Shown: positions 10,843-19,162 of the stretch, piece by piece | How the letters are laid out: each line of letters starts with the position of its first letter | Position numbering within the stretch: the first letter of the stretch is position 1 | From: an uncultured virus (IMG/VR IMGVR_UViG_3300028641_000003) | Lineage: Duplodnaviria; Heunggongvirae; Uroviricota; Caudoviricetes | Length of the DNA: 55,163 nt | Direction: 5' to 3' (one strand) | Virus record (IMG/VR): IMGVR_UViG_3300028641_000003 | Notes under the pieces: model-generated | Told to the model about the DNA's origin: nothing | Database searches by the model: none | Seen by the model: the letters and a program-made list of their open reading frames with translations, nothing else | Made by a program: the position numbers and the translations under genes

Positions 10843-10932
10843 GACTATATTCCTCTTCTGTATTTTTCAACTATACAGTTTATTTATATTAAATCAAGAG
10901 TTATTTTTCCGTTAAAAACAGTGTATCACACA

Positions 10933-11439
10933 CTATCTTTTAAAGGATATTTTATGGGCTTTGTGAGCATTGGCATACTCAAGTCTCTCTTTTTCATCGT
11001 AAGAAAGCTGCACTTTTTTTATGTTCTCTGTTTTCTTATTAAATATATCAATATTAGGATGTGTATAGTTTTCAAAGTCCCACTTAAAAGTAAAATTTAT
11101 ATTTTCTGGTTCCAAAATATTTGACATTATCTTGGACCATGTATCAGATGTTAGATCTTGAATTACTCTCACGAATATTGCCGTTGGACTCTTCCAGTCT
11201 CTTGGGAGTTTTTCGGCAAACCCTCTTACTGAATCAGTGCCATATTTTCCAGTATGGTCAAATATGATAACTGGAGTATATTTCGATAATTTTGCCTTCA
11301 CATCATCGACCGAATTACACCATAAAGTTTTTGCGTAAAATGTCTTATCAAGATAAGGAATCGACAAAACTGGAATAGAGATGAATTTAATCCCAGCATC
11401 GGCAAGTTCTTTTTTCCCAAATGCCCGAATATCAACCAT
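10933..11439 (-). CDS. Hypothetical protein
   Basis: 168-aa ORF. Confidence 0.6.
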   Translation of the reverse strand: MVDIRAFGKKELADAGIKFISIPVLSIPYLDKTFYAKTLWCNSVDDVKAKLSKYTPVIIFDHTGKYGTDSVRGFAEKLPRDWKSPTAIFVRVIQDLTSDTWSKIMSNILEPENINFTFKWDFENYTHPNIDIFNKKTENIKKVQLSYDEKERLEYANAHKAHKISFKR

Positions 11440-11720
11440 TATCCACCCCTAGCAACTGGACCAAGATTAGCAGTTATTTTAGGATGTACTTCGACAAATG
11501 ATTCTACTACGCACCACTGCCCCATAGTCATTTTTAAAGATGCACCAACTGCATTAGTAGTTTCTGTTATAGTTACGACGTCTTTTCCATATCCAGTGAT
11601 TTTTCCATCTGGAATGTTAAGTTGCTTAATAACATCCGATAAGTTCCAACCAGATATTTTTTCTTTAATCTCTGGTTTAAGATCCTCACGCACATAGATG
11701 ACAAAATTAGTTTTTGACAT
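11439..11720 (-). CDS. Hypothetical protein
   Basis: Start MSKTNF after GAGG RBS. Confidence 0.6.
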   Translation of the reverse strand: MSKTNFVIYVREDLKPEIKEKISGWNLSDVIKQLNIPDGKITGYGKDVVTITETTNAVGASLKMTMGQWCVVESFVEVHPKITANLGPVARGG

Positions 11721-11762
11721 ATTAATACCTCGTTGTTGAATATTATAACATAACAAATTATA

Positions 11763-12113
11763 TTATTTTATATCTTCCTTATATTTAATCTTCTCTTCAA
11801 TCCATATATCTATTGTCTTAATAGAATCTGAATATACATTTTCATTTACTTTAATTGTATGTTGTTTGTAATTCTTTTCGTGTGTTATTTTATTATATAA
11901 TATATGTAAACATGTTATATAAAATTTTCCATAGTGGCTAAAATAATAATTATCGTTCATTTCTTTGAATTTTGGCGATTTCCAAACTATATTCTTGGCA
12001 GTTCTATACCAATTTTTATAGGCATATTTGCATTTTCTTTTTATTATAGAAAACTTCTTTAGTTCTTCTTTAATAAAGATTATTTTTTGTTTTCTTAAAG
12101 TATTGGAATCCAT
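11763..12113 (-). CDS. Basic hypothetical protein (resembles 23815-24201)
   Basis: IKEELK...ITCLHILYN similar to FRSEIK...TTCMHIAYG. Confidence 0.6.
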   Translation of the reverse strand: MDSNTLRKQKIIFIKEELKKFSIIKRKCKYAYKNWYRTAKNIVWKSPKFKEMNDNYYFSHYGKFYITCLHILYNKITHEKNYKQHTIKVNENVYSDSIKTIDIWIEEKIKYKEDIK

Positions 12114-12269
12114 TTATATATTATGTATGTTTTTTATTATTTGTCAATCATTTATTAAAAAGTGTATGATACACTATGAAGAAACTATTTGTTTATAGCT
12201 TGCGAGCTTTTATATTGCATTTGGAAATCGTGACAAAATTAGGAGTGGATATACACTCCATGATGTTAC

Positions 12270-13637
12270 TTAGATCTTAGCGATAGATAACATCTTTTTC
12301 AAGATAGAATCTGCTGGTATTCCACCATTATCGCTATGAACTTGGTTCGCAAACCCTTTGAATATAGCTTCTCCCTGAGATGATGTTATCTTTCCTGCTC
12401 TAACTGCTTCACCGACTTGGTTTGCTAGAGCATTGAATGGTTTGCTCATTTCCTCGACATTTCCGCTCATAGCTGCTTTTTGAATAGTCGTCTGGAGTGC
12501 CTCTGCTTTCGATGCTCCATAATTAGTGAACTTATTAAGGTCAGGAGCGGCTGCTACCTGGGCTTCTGGTGCCTTTGGTGCCTCTGGAGATTCCGGAGCT
12601 ACTTCTGGAGCCACTTCTGGTTTTGCTTCAGGAGACACTCCTTGGACCGGAGTATCACCAGAGCGTGCAAGATTCAAATCAACGCTGCCTTCGGGATTAT
12701 ACATCTTCATGGCGTCCATTACGGCAATATCATTCATAATCCCACTTACTGCACTTGACGCTCCCCATGCCCCGAGAGCAACTTGGGAAACTGCTAATAT
12801 GAGACGAGCAGCATTCTTTGGGTCTTTGGATTTCTTAATCCATTCGCCAACGCCAGCAATTCCCTTCTTGCCTTGTGCGAAATCTGCTGTCTTGATGAGT
12901 TCCTTAGATCCCTTATAGATTGAGAACAAACCAAGCAATCCCTTGATGGCACCAAATCCAACAGCAACCCAGCCGCCGATTGCAGCGGCTACAACGCCCA
13001 AAATAACCATAACAGCGCCAATAGCAAGAACCTTATAGGTTGCCTTTGTGGTTGCAACCTTCTTGACAATCTCACCAGTCTTCTTTAGGAATTCCTTTAC
13101 CTTGGTCAAGAATCCTTTTTTCTTTTCTTCCTTTGACTTTATTTCACCGGGTTTAGCCCTTGATTGTGCCTTAGCATCGCCGCCGAAGTCACCCTTGCCA
13201 CCAATACGAGCGTTGGGATCAAATTGGTCTGCGCCAGATGTGAAGTCCATTCCGCCACCCAAAGTCTTGTTGGGGTCGAATTCACCCTCAAGCTCAAGGA
13301 TTACCTTGCAAGACTCGTTCAGCTTATTATTAAAAGTTTCCGGGTCTGTTTCAACGCGGGCGAAATGCTCTGCGATGGCGAAAGCGTCATATGATTTCTT
13401 GAGGTTTCTAGCTGCTGCAAAGCTAATATGTAGAGTATTCATGATGTCTCTAGTAGAGACACTCATTGTGCGTATATTATCAATAACTGGCTTATTTTCT
13501 AAGAGGTAGCTTTCAGTAAGATGAGAGTATCTCTTTTTGGCTTCTGTCAAGTATCTCTTGTTAGATTCGGTTAGAGTAGTTGACCCATTGATAGCAGCAT
13601 ACTTTGCTTTAAGATTCTCAAGAACAATATCACGCAT
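12270..13637 (-). CDS. Probable late/virion protein with hydrophobic segment
   Basis: 455 aa; LTES/LLE sites typical of T4-like head-processed proteins; TM-like stretch; Pro/Glu/Ala linker; TATAAATA upstream. Confidence 0.6.
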   Translation of the reverse strand: MRDIVLENLKAKYAAINGSTTLTESNKRYLTEAKKRYSHLTESYLLENKPVIDNIRTMSVSTRDIMNTLHISFAAARNLKKSYDAFAIAEHFARVETDPETFNNKLNESCKVILELEGEFDPNKTLGGGMDFTSGADQFDPNARIGGKGDFGGDAKAQSRAKPGEIKSKEEKKKGFLTKVKEFLKKTGEIVKKVATTKATYKVLAIGAVMVILGVVAAAIGGWVAVGFGAIKGLLGLFSIYKGSKELIKTADFAQGKKGIAGVGEWIKKSKDPKNAARLILAVSQVALGAWGASSAVSGIMNDIAVMDAMKMYNPEGSVDLNLARSGDTPVQGVSPEAKPEVAPEVAPESPEAPKAPEAQVAAAPDLNKFTNYGASKAEALQTTIQKAAMSGNVEEMSKPFNALANQVGEAVRAGKITSSQGEAIFKGFANQVHSDNGGIPADSILKKMLSIAKI

Positions 13638-13927
13638 ATTAAATACCCCTGGTAGTATTATTTATAGGAGTATATGAGCGTAGTTTGATTTTAAGATACT
13701 TGGGTTGGCTTCTTTCCTCTTTCAGAGGGAGGCGAGTTTTTGTTGTCGCTAAATTGAGTTCTCGAAGACAACACGGGGTTCAGTACGAAGACATAAGGTG
13801 TCAAATACACCCAGCCCATGTAAAGCTGCTACTGACGCACAATCATATAATGTGTCCCTGTTTCCCAATTCCACGACATCCCAAGAGTGTTTCAATTGTT
13901 ACATAAGAGGTTATAAATAATGATGTT

Positions 13928-14241
13928 ATGACTGATTCATCGCGAAAGTACGGGACCGATGAATATACAGCCACTCCGTCGCATTTATTGCCAGCTATTA
14001 GTAAGAAAAGTAGCGGTTATATATGCCAAGTTTGCGGTCACTTAGAGCCATCTTTGGAAAAAATCCATTTGATGATCTATGCCCAAGGTGTGTTATTAGT
14101 GCCCTAAGAAAGATTGATGTTCCCCATATGGTCAAAATTTCTGAGTATTTAAGTGAGCGAGATGAGGCACTCGAACCAACCGTTAGAGTCGATAATAGAC
14201 CAAATAGCGAGAAAACAACAGTCATCATTAAAAAGAAATAG
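13928..14241 (+). CDS. Zinc-ribbon protein split by a -1 frameshift (CQVC...CPRC)
   Basis: Frame A MTDSSRKYG...ICQVCGHLEPSLEK joins frame B NPFDDLCPRC... at GGAAAAAA 14056-14063; TATAAATA at 13912. Confidence 0.55.
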
Positions 14242-14328
14242 TGGGGTATACGACGGGATTCGAACCCGCATTGCGCTCAAGGCGCTCAGAGTCACAATCT
14301 GATGTCCTGCCGTTGGACCTCGTACACC
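14242..14328 (-). tRNA. tRNA-His(GTG) with long variable arm
   Basis: G-1:C73 8-bp acceptor, TCAGA-TTGTGAC-TCTGA, CCA. Confidence 0.85.
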
Positions 14329-14333
14329 ATGAA

Positions 14334-14409
14334 TGGGGTGGATAGCGATACTTGCAATCGCTTATGGAGATTCACAGTCTCCCAGTTTACTATATAACCT
14401 ATACCCACC
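14334..14409 (-). tRNA. tRNA-His(GTG)
   Basis: GGAGA-CTGTGAA-TCTCC, G-1, CCA; atypical T loop. Confidence 0.8.
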
Positions 14410-14419
14410 GTGCTTAGAA

Positions 14420-14794
14420 TGGTGGAGATGTGCGGTGCTGCCCCGCAGTCCAAAATCACTTTCATATTCCGTCTACAAGTTTAGAAGTTTAGACTTAAAC
14501 TCCAAAGATGCTTCTTGTTGATCGTCCTGGCACGGGACTAGGATAATAACGCATATCCGCAACTCACAGTTGTCTTAATCTTGGGTAACTGTCAGTTACA
14601 TTGCCAAGAAGCAACCCCTATGTTACAGAGTTTCCAAGTCGAGATATCCTTGGGACTCTGGCAAGGAGCGATTAAGCTGCCATTGCGTATTCAACTGAGT
14701 CATCAGTTATTTTTTTACATGTTTTTTAAGTGACCACATGTTCCACTACTTGCAAGAGATACTTCCACGATCCTGTCGAATCTGTGTCATCCCC
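14420..14794 (-). ncRNA. ssrA: tmRNA, tag (A)DDSVEYAMAA
   Basis: 5' GGGGATGA...TTCGAC, 3' ...CATCTCCACCA with G3:U70; ATAACT resume context, tag ORF 14704-14672. Confidence 0.92.
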
Positions 14795-14800
14795 ATAAAA

Positions 14801-14878
14801 TGGTGTGCATGAGAGGATTCGAACCTCCAACACTTACGCCCTCAACGTAATACCTCGTGCCAATTGGGTTACACGCAC
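14801..14878 (-). tRNA. tRNA-Leu(GAG), short variable loop
   Basis: TTACG-TTGAGGG-CGTAA, A73, CCA. Confidence 0.85.
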
Positions 14879-15708
14879 ATATTTTTTTCTAGCCAATAAC
14901 CTCTAGGGAATTTTGGAATATCAATCCCTAGTTTTTTGCATCTTTTGCGTATTGCATTATCACTAACACCGAACATTTTAGCTACGCTGGTTAACGGCAT
15001 TTCGTTTATATACTTCGTCAAATCACATGAAGAAACATCAAACTTTTTATTATTTTCACTAATTATAAATTCACCGCATTTTCTATTTTCATTGTAGCAT
15101 TTTGCACAAACTCCTTTACTTTTTTTCGACACCACACACCCGCACATTTTACACTTTTTTTCGAAGCGTAACTTCTGGTCGTTTTCCTTTAATAAATTTT
15201 TTTGTTTAGTATTCTGAAGTTTTCCTTTATTACCCCATGTCAATGTTTGTGAATGACAGTTTGGGCATAGAAATCTAAGGTTGTTTATTCTATTATCATT
15301 ATGAATGCCGTTAATGTGGTCTACTTGCAATGTTATCTTTTCGCCCATCCACGTGTCGCCGTTATTGCATTTTTCGCATTTATATTCTCTTCCATTTTCC
15401 AATAGACGCTTACTAATCATATAACCACTTGCGGGGGTTGAATTTTCGCAGAAAAAATCTTCGTCTGATTTTCTTACTCTTATAGCCTGCATTTTTATTC
15501 TCATATCAGTCAAGGAGGTTTTCCCGCGTGACCAAGCAGACCCAGTAAAATGAGATATATCTATATTGAAGTATCTAATTAAACTCTTTATATGATTATG
15601 ATTTCCACCACTATATGCCAAACCCAGATTTGCTAAAACATTTGATATTGAGGTTGATTTTTTCACAACTTCTTCTAGTATTTCCTTGGTGTACTTTCGA
15701 TGTCTCAT
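14869..15708 (-). CDS. HNH homing endonuclease
   Basis: CEKC...LQVDHING...DNRINNLRFLCPNCHSQT, C-terminal HTH; stop overlaps tRNA-Leu. Confidence 0.9.
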   Translation of the reverse strand: MRHRKYTKEILEEVVKKSTSISNVLANLGLAYSGGNHNHIKSLIRYFNIDISHFTGSAWSRGKTSLTDMRIKMQAIRVRKSDEDFFCENSTPASGYMISKRLLENGREYKCEKCNNGDTWMGEKITLQVDHINGIHNDNRINNLRFLCPNCHSQTLTWGNKGKLQNTKQKNLLKENDQKLRFEKKCKMCGCVVSKKSKGVCAKCYNENRKCGEFIISENNKKFDVSSCDLTKYINEMPLTSVAKMFGVSDNAIRKRCKKLGIDIPKFPRGYWLEKNMCV

Positions 15709-15752
15709 ACTGGCATCCTCCCTATATGTATTTATACACGAGGATGCCAGTA
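15708..15752 (-). promoter_or_regulatory. RBS-sequestering hairpin with T4 late promoter in its loop
   Basis: TACTGGCATCCTC / GAGGATGCCAGTA 13-bp arms; TATAAATA at 15729-15736. Confidence 0.85.
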
Positions 15753-15771
15753 ATACAAATAAAATATTAAC

Positions 15772-16218
15772 TTAAACAACTTGAGCGTTGACTGCTCTGA
15801 TATCTGTTCCAGCTACTTCGGCTACTTCGGCAATCTTCTTGAGAGCCTGTAGTATATTCATAGCATTGTCAACTTTTGTCACCTTAGCATAGATGCTTGC
15901 CATGTCACCACCGTCAGATAATGACTGTGACTCGACATTGGATACGAGCGATTCTATGCTGGACAATATGGTGGCAGGAGGCATTTTTCCACCATAGTCA
16001 CCCAAGCCAAGCAAACTCTGAATCTTGCGGAATTTGCTCGTCTCAACAACAAACTTATAAGGCGAAGATCCGTTCATATTCCAATCTTCGAACATAACAA
16101 CCATCATGCCAGTTGTTCTAATATCACTCTTTGGTGCCTTGGGAAACTCAAGAGGAATCTCTTCCTGTTTCTCCATAGCAATGTAAGTTTCTTTTAGCGA
16201 CTCTAAGATGGTGTCCAT
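15772..16218 (-). CDS. Hypothetical protein (late)
   Basis: 148 aa, AAGGA RBS, TATAAATA upstream. Confidence 0.65.
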   Translation of the reverse strand: MDTILESLKETYIAMEKQEEIPLEFPKAPKSDIRTTGMMVVMFEDWNMNGSSPYKFVVETSKFRKIQSLLGLGDYGGKMPPATILSSIESLVSNVESQSLSDGGDMASIYAKVTKVDNAMNILQALKKIAEVAEVAGTDIRAVNAQVV

Positions 16219-16252
16219 ATGTATTCCTTATTATACCGAGTTATTTATAGAA

Positions 16253-16338
16253 TGGTAGGGGCGACAGGAATTGCACCTGCACGGGATTTCTCCCACAACG
16301 TTCTAAGCGTTGCATGGCTGCTGTTACATCACACCCCC
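16253..16338 (-). tRNA. tRNA-Leu(TAG)
   Basis: CAACG-CTTAGAA-CGTTG, long variable arm, CCA. Confidence 0.88.
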
Positions 16339-16348
16339 ATGATTTATT

Positions 16349-16438
16349 TGGCGGAAGATGAGGGATTCGAACCCCCGGTACCCGTTAAGGTACTTCAAGT
16401 TAGTAACTTGCTGCTATAGACCACTCAGCCAATCTTCC
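16349..16438 (-). tRNA. tRNA-Ser(ACT), A34 anticodon
   Basis: Ser body (GGAAGAT acceptor, G73, long arm); loop TT-ACT-AA. Confidence 0.8.
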
Positions 16439-16441
16439 GGA

Positions 16442-16521
16442 TGGTCCCACTGCTATATCGTCTTATGCTGCGAATCGCTGCGATATTGCTTAATGTCCAG
16501 TTCGCTCGTACACAGTTGGGA
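16442..16521 (-). ncRNA. CCA-terminated non-cloverleaf RNA
   Basis: TCCCA.CTG/CAGTGGGA-CCA closing stem. Confidence 0.45.
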
Positions 16522-16536
16522 TGATACGCTGGACGC

Positions 16537-16620
16537 TGGTAGGCAAGGTGGGACTCGAACCCACAAAACGACCGTGTTTGAGACGGCAAACTGTGCCATT
16601 CGTTATAACGTCACTTGCCC
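16537..16620 (-). tRNA. tRNA-Leu(CAA), enlarged D region, short variable loop
   Basis: GCCGT-CTCAAAC-ACGGT, CCA. Confidence 0.8.
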
Positions 16621-16676
16621 ATGATCAATTTCGTTACTTTAGCGCAACGGAGTAAGAAATTGTAAGAAAGCCGTTT

Positions 16677-16810
16677 TGGTGTTGAGAGAAGGAGTTGCAC
16701 CTTCACAATACAGATTTTCTGTTTCCGTATTTCCTTTTATTCATAGGAAGTCTACTACAGATGTTACCTCTTCATAGGCAATCATTCGTTTCATTTAGTC
16801 ACTACTCAAC
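16677..16810 (-). ncRNA. Expanded Leu-like tRNA-like RNA
   Basis: GTTGAG/CTCAAC-ACCA acceptor, T arm, D-loop insertion; homologous to 16967-17084. Confidence 0.6.
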
Positions 16811-16816
16811 ATGAGA

Positions 16817-16943
16817 TGGTGCCCCGCCGCTGACACGCTCAGCTATTACGGAAGGTCTTTTACCTTTCTAACCCCTCAAATCCTTTCGGATGCTGGAGAG
16901 AAGTCTGCTGTCCCCTACGAGGACAGGTGAAGGTTGGCGGGGC
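16817..16943 (-). ncRNA. tRNA-like RNA with 8-bp acceptor and several hairpins
   Basis: GCCCCGCC/GGCGGGGC-ACCA. Confidence 0.55.
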
Positions 16944-16966
16944 GAGTTGTTTATCCAGCTTTGATT

Positions 16967-17084
16967 TGGTGTTGAGGGTAGGACTTGCACCTACATACTT
17001 GGATGCATGCTGGTCCAAGTTCCCTCTAAAACGAGGGTGCGTCTACTACGGGAATTGAACCCGCTCTTTCCGCCACTACTCAAC
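16967..17084 (-). ncRNA. Leu-like tRNA with hairpin inserted in D loop and non-7-nt anticodon loop
   Basis: GGCGGAA...GTAGACGC D arm, CCCTC/GAGGG, long variable arm, ACCA. Confidence 0.6.
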
Positions 17085-17085
17085 G

Positions 17086-17227
17086 TGGTGTCGATGGTAG
17101 GATTCGCACCTACACGCTCAAGCGTCCATGAGTTGTTTCCTTCTCATTTTTGCTAAGCCCCAGGTTTGGACCATGCTTTCGTTTAGGTCTTCAGCCCAGT
17201 CCGTCTGCTCGTTGCGGCACATACGAC
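17086..17227 (-). ncRNA. Leu-like tRNA with anticodon-loop and variable-arm insertions
   Basis: GTCG.ATG/CATCGAC-ACCA, T arm GTAGG/CCTAC. Confidence 0.55.
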
Positions 17228-17236
17228 AAGAAAACA

Positions 17237-17353
17237 TAAGTATGCTCGGGAGTCGAACCCGACATCATTGGGGTGCATGCAGCCCCTCCACCGTGGATAT
17301 GCATCTCTGCATACGGTAGGATTCGAACCTACTAGCGACCATCGACATACTTA
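17237..17353 (-). ncRNA. RNA with two T-arms inside one closing stem
   Basis: GTAGG-TTCGAAT-CCTAC and TCGGG-TTCGACT-CCCGA within TAAGTATG/CATACTTA. Confidence 0.55.
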
Positions 17354-17356
17354 CTT

Positions 17357-17430
17357 TGGCACATGGGGAGAGAATCGAACTCCCATCTTTGGGTTTGGAA
17401 TCCAAGGTACTACCATTGTACGACCCATGT
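17357..17430 (-). tRNA. tRNA-Trp(CCA)
   Basis: loop TT-CCA-AA, G73, CCA. Confidence 0.88.
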
Positions 17431-17438
17431 ATAAAATC

Positions 17439-17828
17439 TTTGTTGACCCATCCGGTGTGCTGTTACGCTAAAACGGTGGTTTGCTTTACTATCTATTATA
17501 CACCCACAATCACACATAATCCACTCGTGTGGACTTTGACGAGCAATAGATTGCTCTGCGTATGAAAGAGAGGCGGATTTCTTACGAAACCAATCTTACT
17601 CGCCTCACTCGGTGGGAACCCCATACTTGGAGTTGATGTGACAAGTTACTCATACGCTGGCTACAAGTGGTTCTCGGTCTTCCTTTTTATCGGCTGTCTT
17701 TATAGCTTGCTCTAAGGCTTGCTTTCAAGACTCCTTGTAGTAGTCGTATGCTTGCTCATTTCTATACAGCGCCCGTACTCTTTAAATGATGGCTGCTTCT
17801 AAGCCGACATTTCGGTTCGGTCAACAAA
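17439..17828 (-). ncRNA. ~390-nt RNA containing a split 23S rRNA H43-H44 (uL11-binding) mimic
   Basis: ATGTCGGCTTAGAAGCAGCCATCATTTAAAGAGT at the 5' side and GCGTAACAGCACACCGG at the 3' side; closed by TTTGTTGACC/GGTCAACAAA. Confidence 0.75.
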
Positions 17829-17901
17829 ACTTGAGGTTTCTTAAAGTCGCTTATCCTCTTGCGACATGACAGTTTCAACTCCAACTCTGTCAAAGGGAAA
17901 A

Positions 17902-18000
17902 TGGTGCGGGCGACAGGATTTGAACCTGCGATTTCTTGCTCCCTGGCAGTTACTATTAGGTAACTAAAGCAAGCGGAATACCAGACTTTCCTACACCCAC
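17902..18000 (-). tRNA. tRNA-Pro(TGG) with 22-nt GCCA-ended insert (17944-17965)
   Basis: Removing AGTTACCTAATAGTAACTGCCA gives CTTGC-TTTGGGA-GCAAG. Confidence 0.8.
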
Positions 18001-18032
18001 ATCAGAAACTATTATATCACATAAAAAGAAAA

Positions 18033-18107
18033 TGGTCTGGGCGGTTGGAGTCGCACCAACTTCTTCTCCCTTCCAAAAGGAGCCGTCTACTGTTGACCTA
18101 CGCCCAG
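18033..18107 (-). tRNA. tRNA-Pro(TGG)
   Basis: C1:G72, A73, loop TT-TGG-AA. Confidence 0.88.
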
Positions 18108-18108
18108 G

Positions 18109-18819
18109 TTATATTTCAATTCCAAGAATTTTACATCTTTTTCTTATTGCATTATCAGACACCCCGTATTTTACACCTATTTTAGTCATAGGCATTTTGC
18201 TAACATCATCCATTAACTGCTCTTTACTAACTTCAAATTTACGGCGTTTCTTACAAGAACATTTTAGACATTTATTGTTTTTATTTTTTGTTGTTACACA
18301 CCCACATTCGTCACAGTTATGTCTTTTTGCGTGATATTGTTTATTTTTACCAGAAAAAGTAGAAGTTTGAGAGTGGCAGTTTGGGCATAAGAAACATAGA
18401 TTTTCTATTCTGTTATCATTATGTATTCCATTCTTATGTTCTAATTGAAGAGTTATTATCTTACCCAACCATACTCCATTGTTCCCACAGCAACTACACT
18501 CGTATTTTAGTAATCCTTCATTGACCAATCTTTTTTTAAGATAATGTCTAGCGTATGATGAATTCTGGGTTAATACCTGTGATAATGGTTTCTTCTTGGC
18601 GTTAAATTTTCTACCTTTATTGGAACCTACGCCGAGTGCTATATGTGAAATATCTACTTTTTCTTCGATGCATCTATTTTTAATTGTCTTGTAATTTCCT
18701 CCTTTATTTTCCATTCCGACATATTTTAGTATTTCGCTTATAGTGTTAGATGATGCTACTAATCTAGCGAATTCTTCTTTTGGTATTTTCCAAATTATGC
18801 TTCTCTTTTTTCTTGTCAT
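18109..18819 (-). CDS. HNH homing endonuclease (paralog of 14869-15708)
   Basis: LQLEHKNG..NDNRIENLCFLCPNCHSQT; GVSDNAIRKRCK HTH shared with the paralog. Confidence 0.9.
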   Translation of the reverse strand: MTRKKRSIIWKIPKEEFARLVASSNTISEILKYVGMENKGGNYKTIKNRCIEEKVDISHIALGVGSNKGRKFNAKKKPLSQVLTQNSSYARHYLKKRLVNEGLLKYECSCCGNNGVWLGKIITLQLEHKNGIHNDNRIENLCFLCPNCHSQTSTFSGKNKQYHAKRHNCDECGCVTTKNKNNKCLKCSCKKRRKFEVSKEQLMDDVSKMPMTKIGVKYGVSDNAIRKRCKILGIEI

Positions 18820-18828
18820 ATATTCTCC

Positions 18829-18874
18829 TTATCGGTAGTATATTATACCATGTATTTATATATCCTACCGATAA
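18829..18874 (-). promoter_or_regulatory. Hairpin abutting the RBS with late promoter in its loop
   Basis: TTATCGGTAG/CTACCGATAA; TATAAATA 18853-18860. Confidence 0.75.
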
Positions 18875-18878
18875 AAAC

Positions 18879-18952
18879 TGGTTGGCTCACTAGGTTCTGC
18901 CCCTAGACTAAAACGTTCAAAGCGTTGTATGCTGCTGTTACATCATGAGCCA
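18879..18952 (-). tRNA. tRNA-Gln(TTG)
   Basis: TGG acceptor start, loop CT-TTG-AA. Confidence 0.85.
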
Positions 18953-18959
18953 ATGATAG

Positions 18960-19076
18960 TTGGGAGTGAGGGATTCGAACCCCCACAGAGAGATCCTGGC
19001 GACTGTTTATGGACTTGAACCACATTGTTTCCTATAACAATCAAAGTCTCTCGTCCTACCATTAGACGAACCCCCA
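18960..19076 (-). tRNA. tRNA-Gln(TTG) with 46-nt minihelix insert (18997-19042)
   Basis: Removal gives AGAGA-CTTTGGA-TCTCT; no encoded CCA. Confidence 0.8.
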
Positions 19077-19082
19077 ATGAAA

Positions 19083-19157
19083 TGGTTGGCACGGTAGGTG
19101 CTGCCCCTACTACGTCGGGTGTCAGAAACCCGCATTCTGCTGTTGAATTACGTGCCA
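19083..19157 (-). tRNA. tRNA-Gln(CTG)
   Basis: CGGGT-TTCTGAC-ACCCG. Confidence 0.88.
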
Positions 19158-19162
19158 GTAAC

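Noticed and set aside
12480..13509. Plus-strand ORFs opposite large genes (also 31790-33314 and 39220-43489)
   Set aside because: Antisense shadows of well-supported minus-strand genes
16349..16438. Reading this tRNA as a CTA suppressor
   Set aside because: The stem register puts TT-ACT-AA in the loop, so the anticodon is ACT
17439..17828. True 23S rRNA gene
   Set aside because: Only ~55 nt resemble rRNA, the match is split, and the flanks are not rRNA-like
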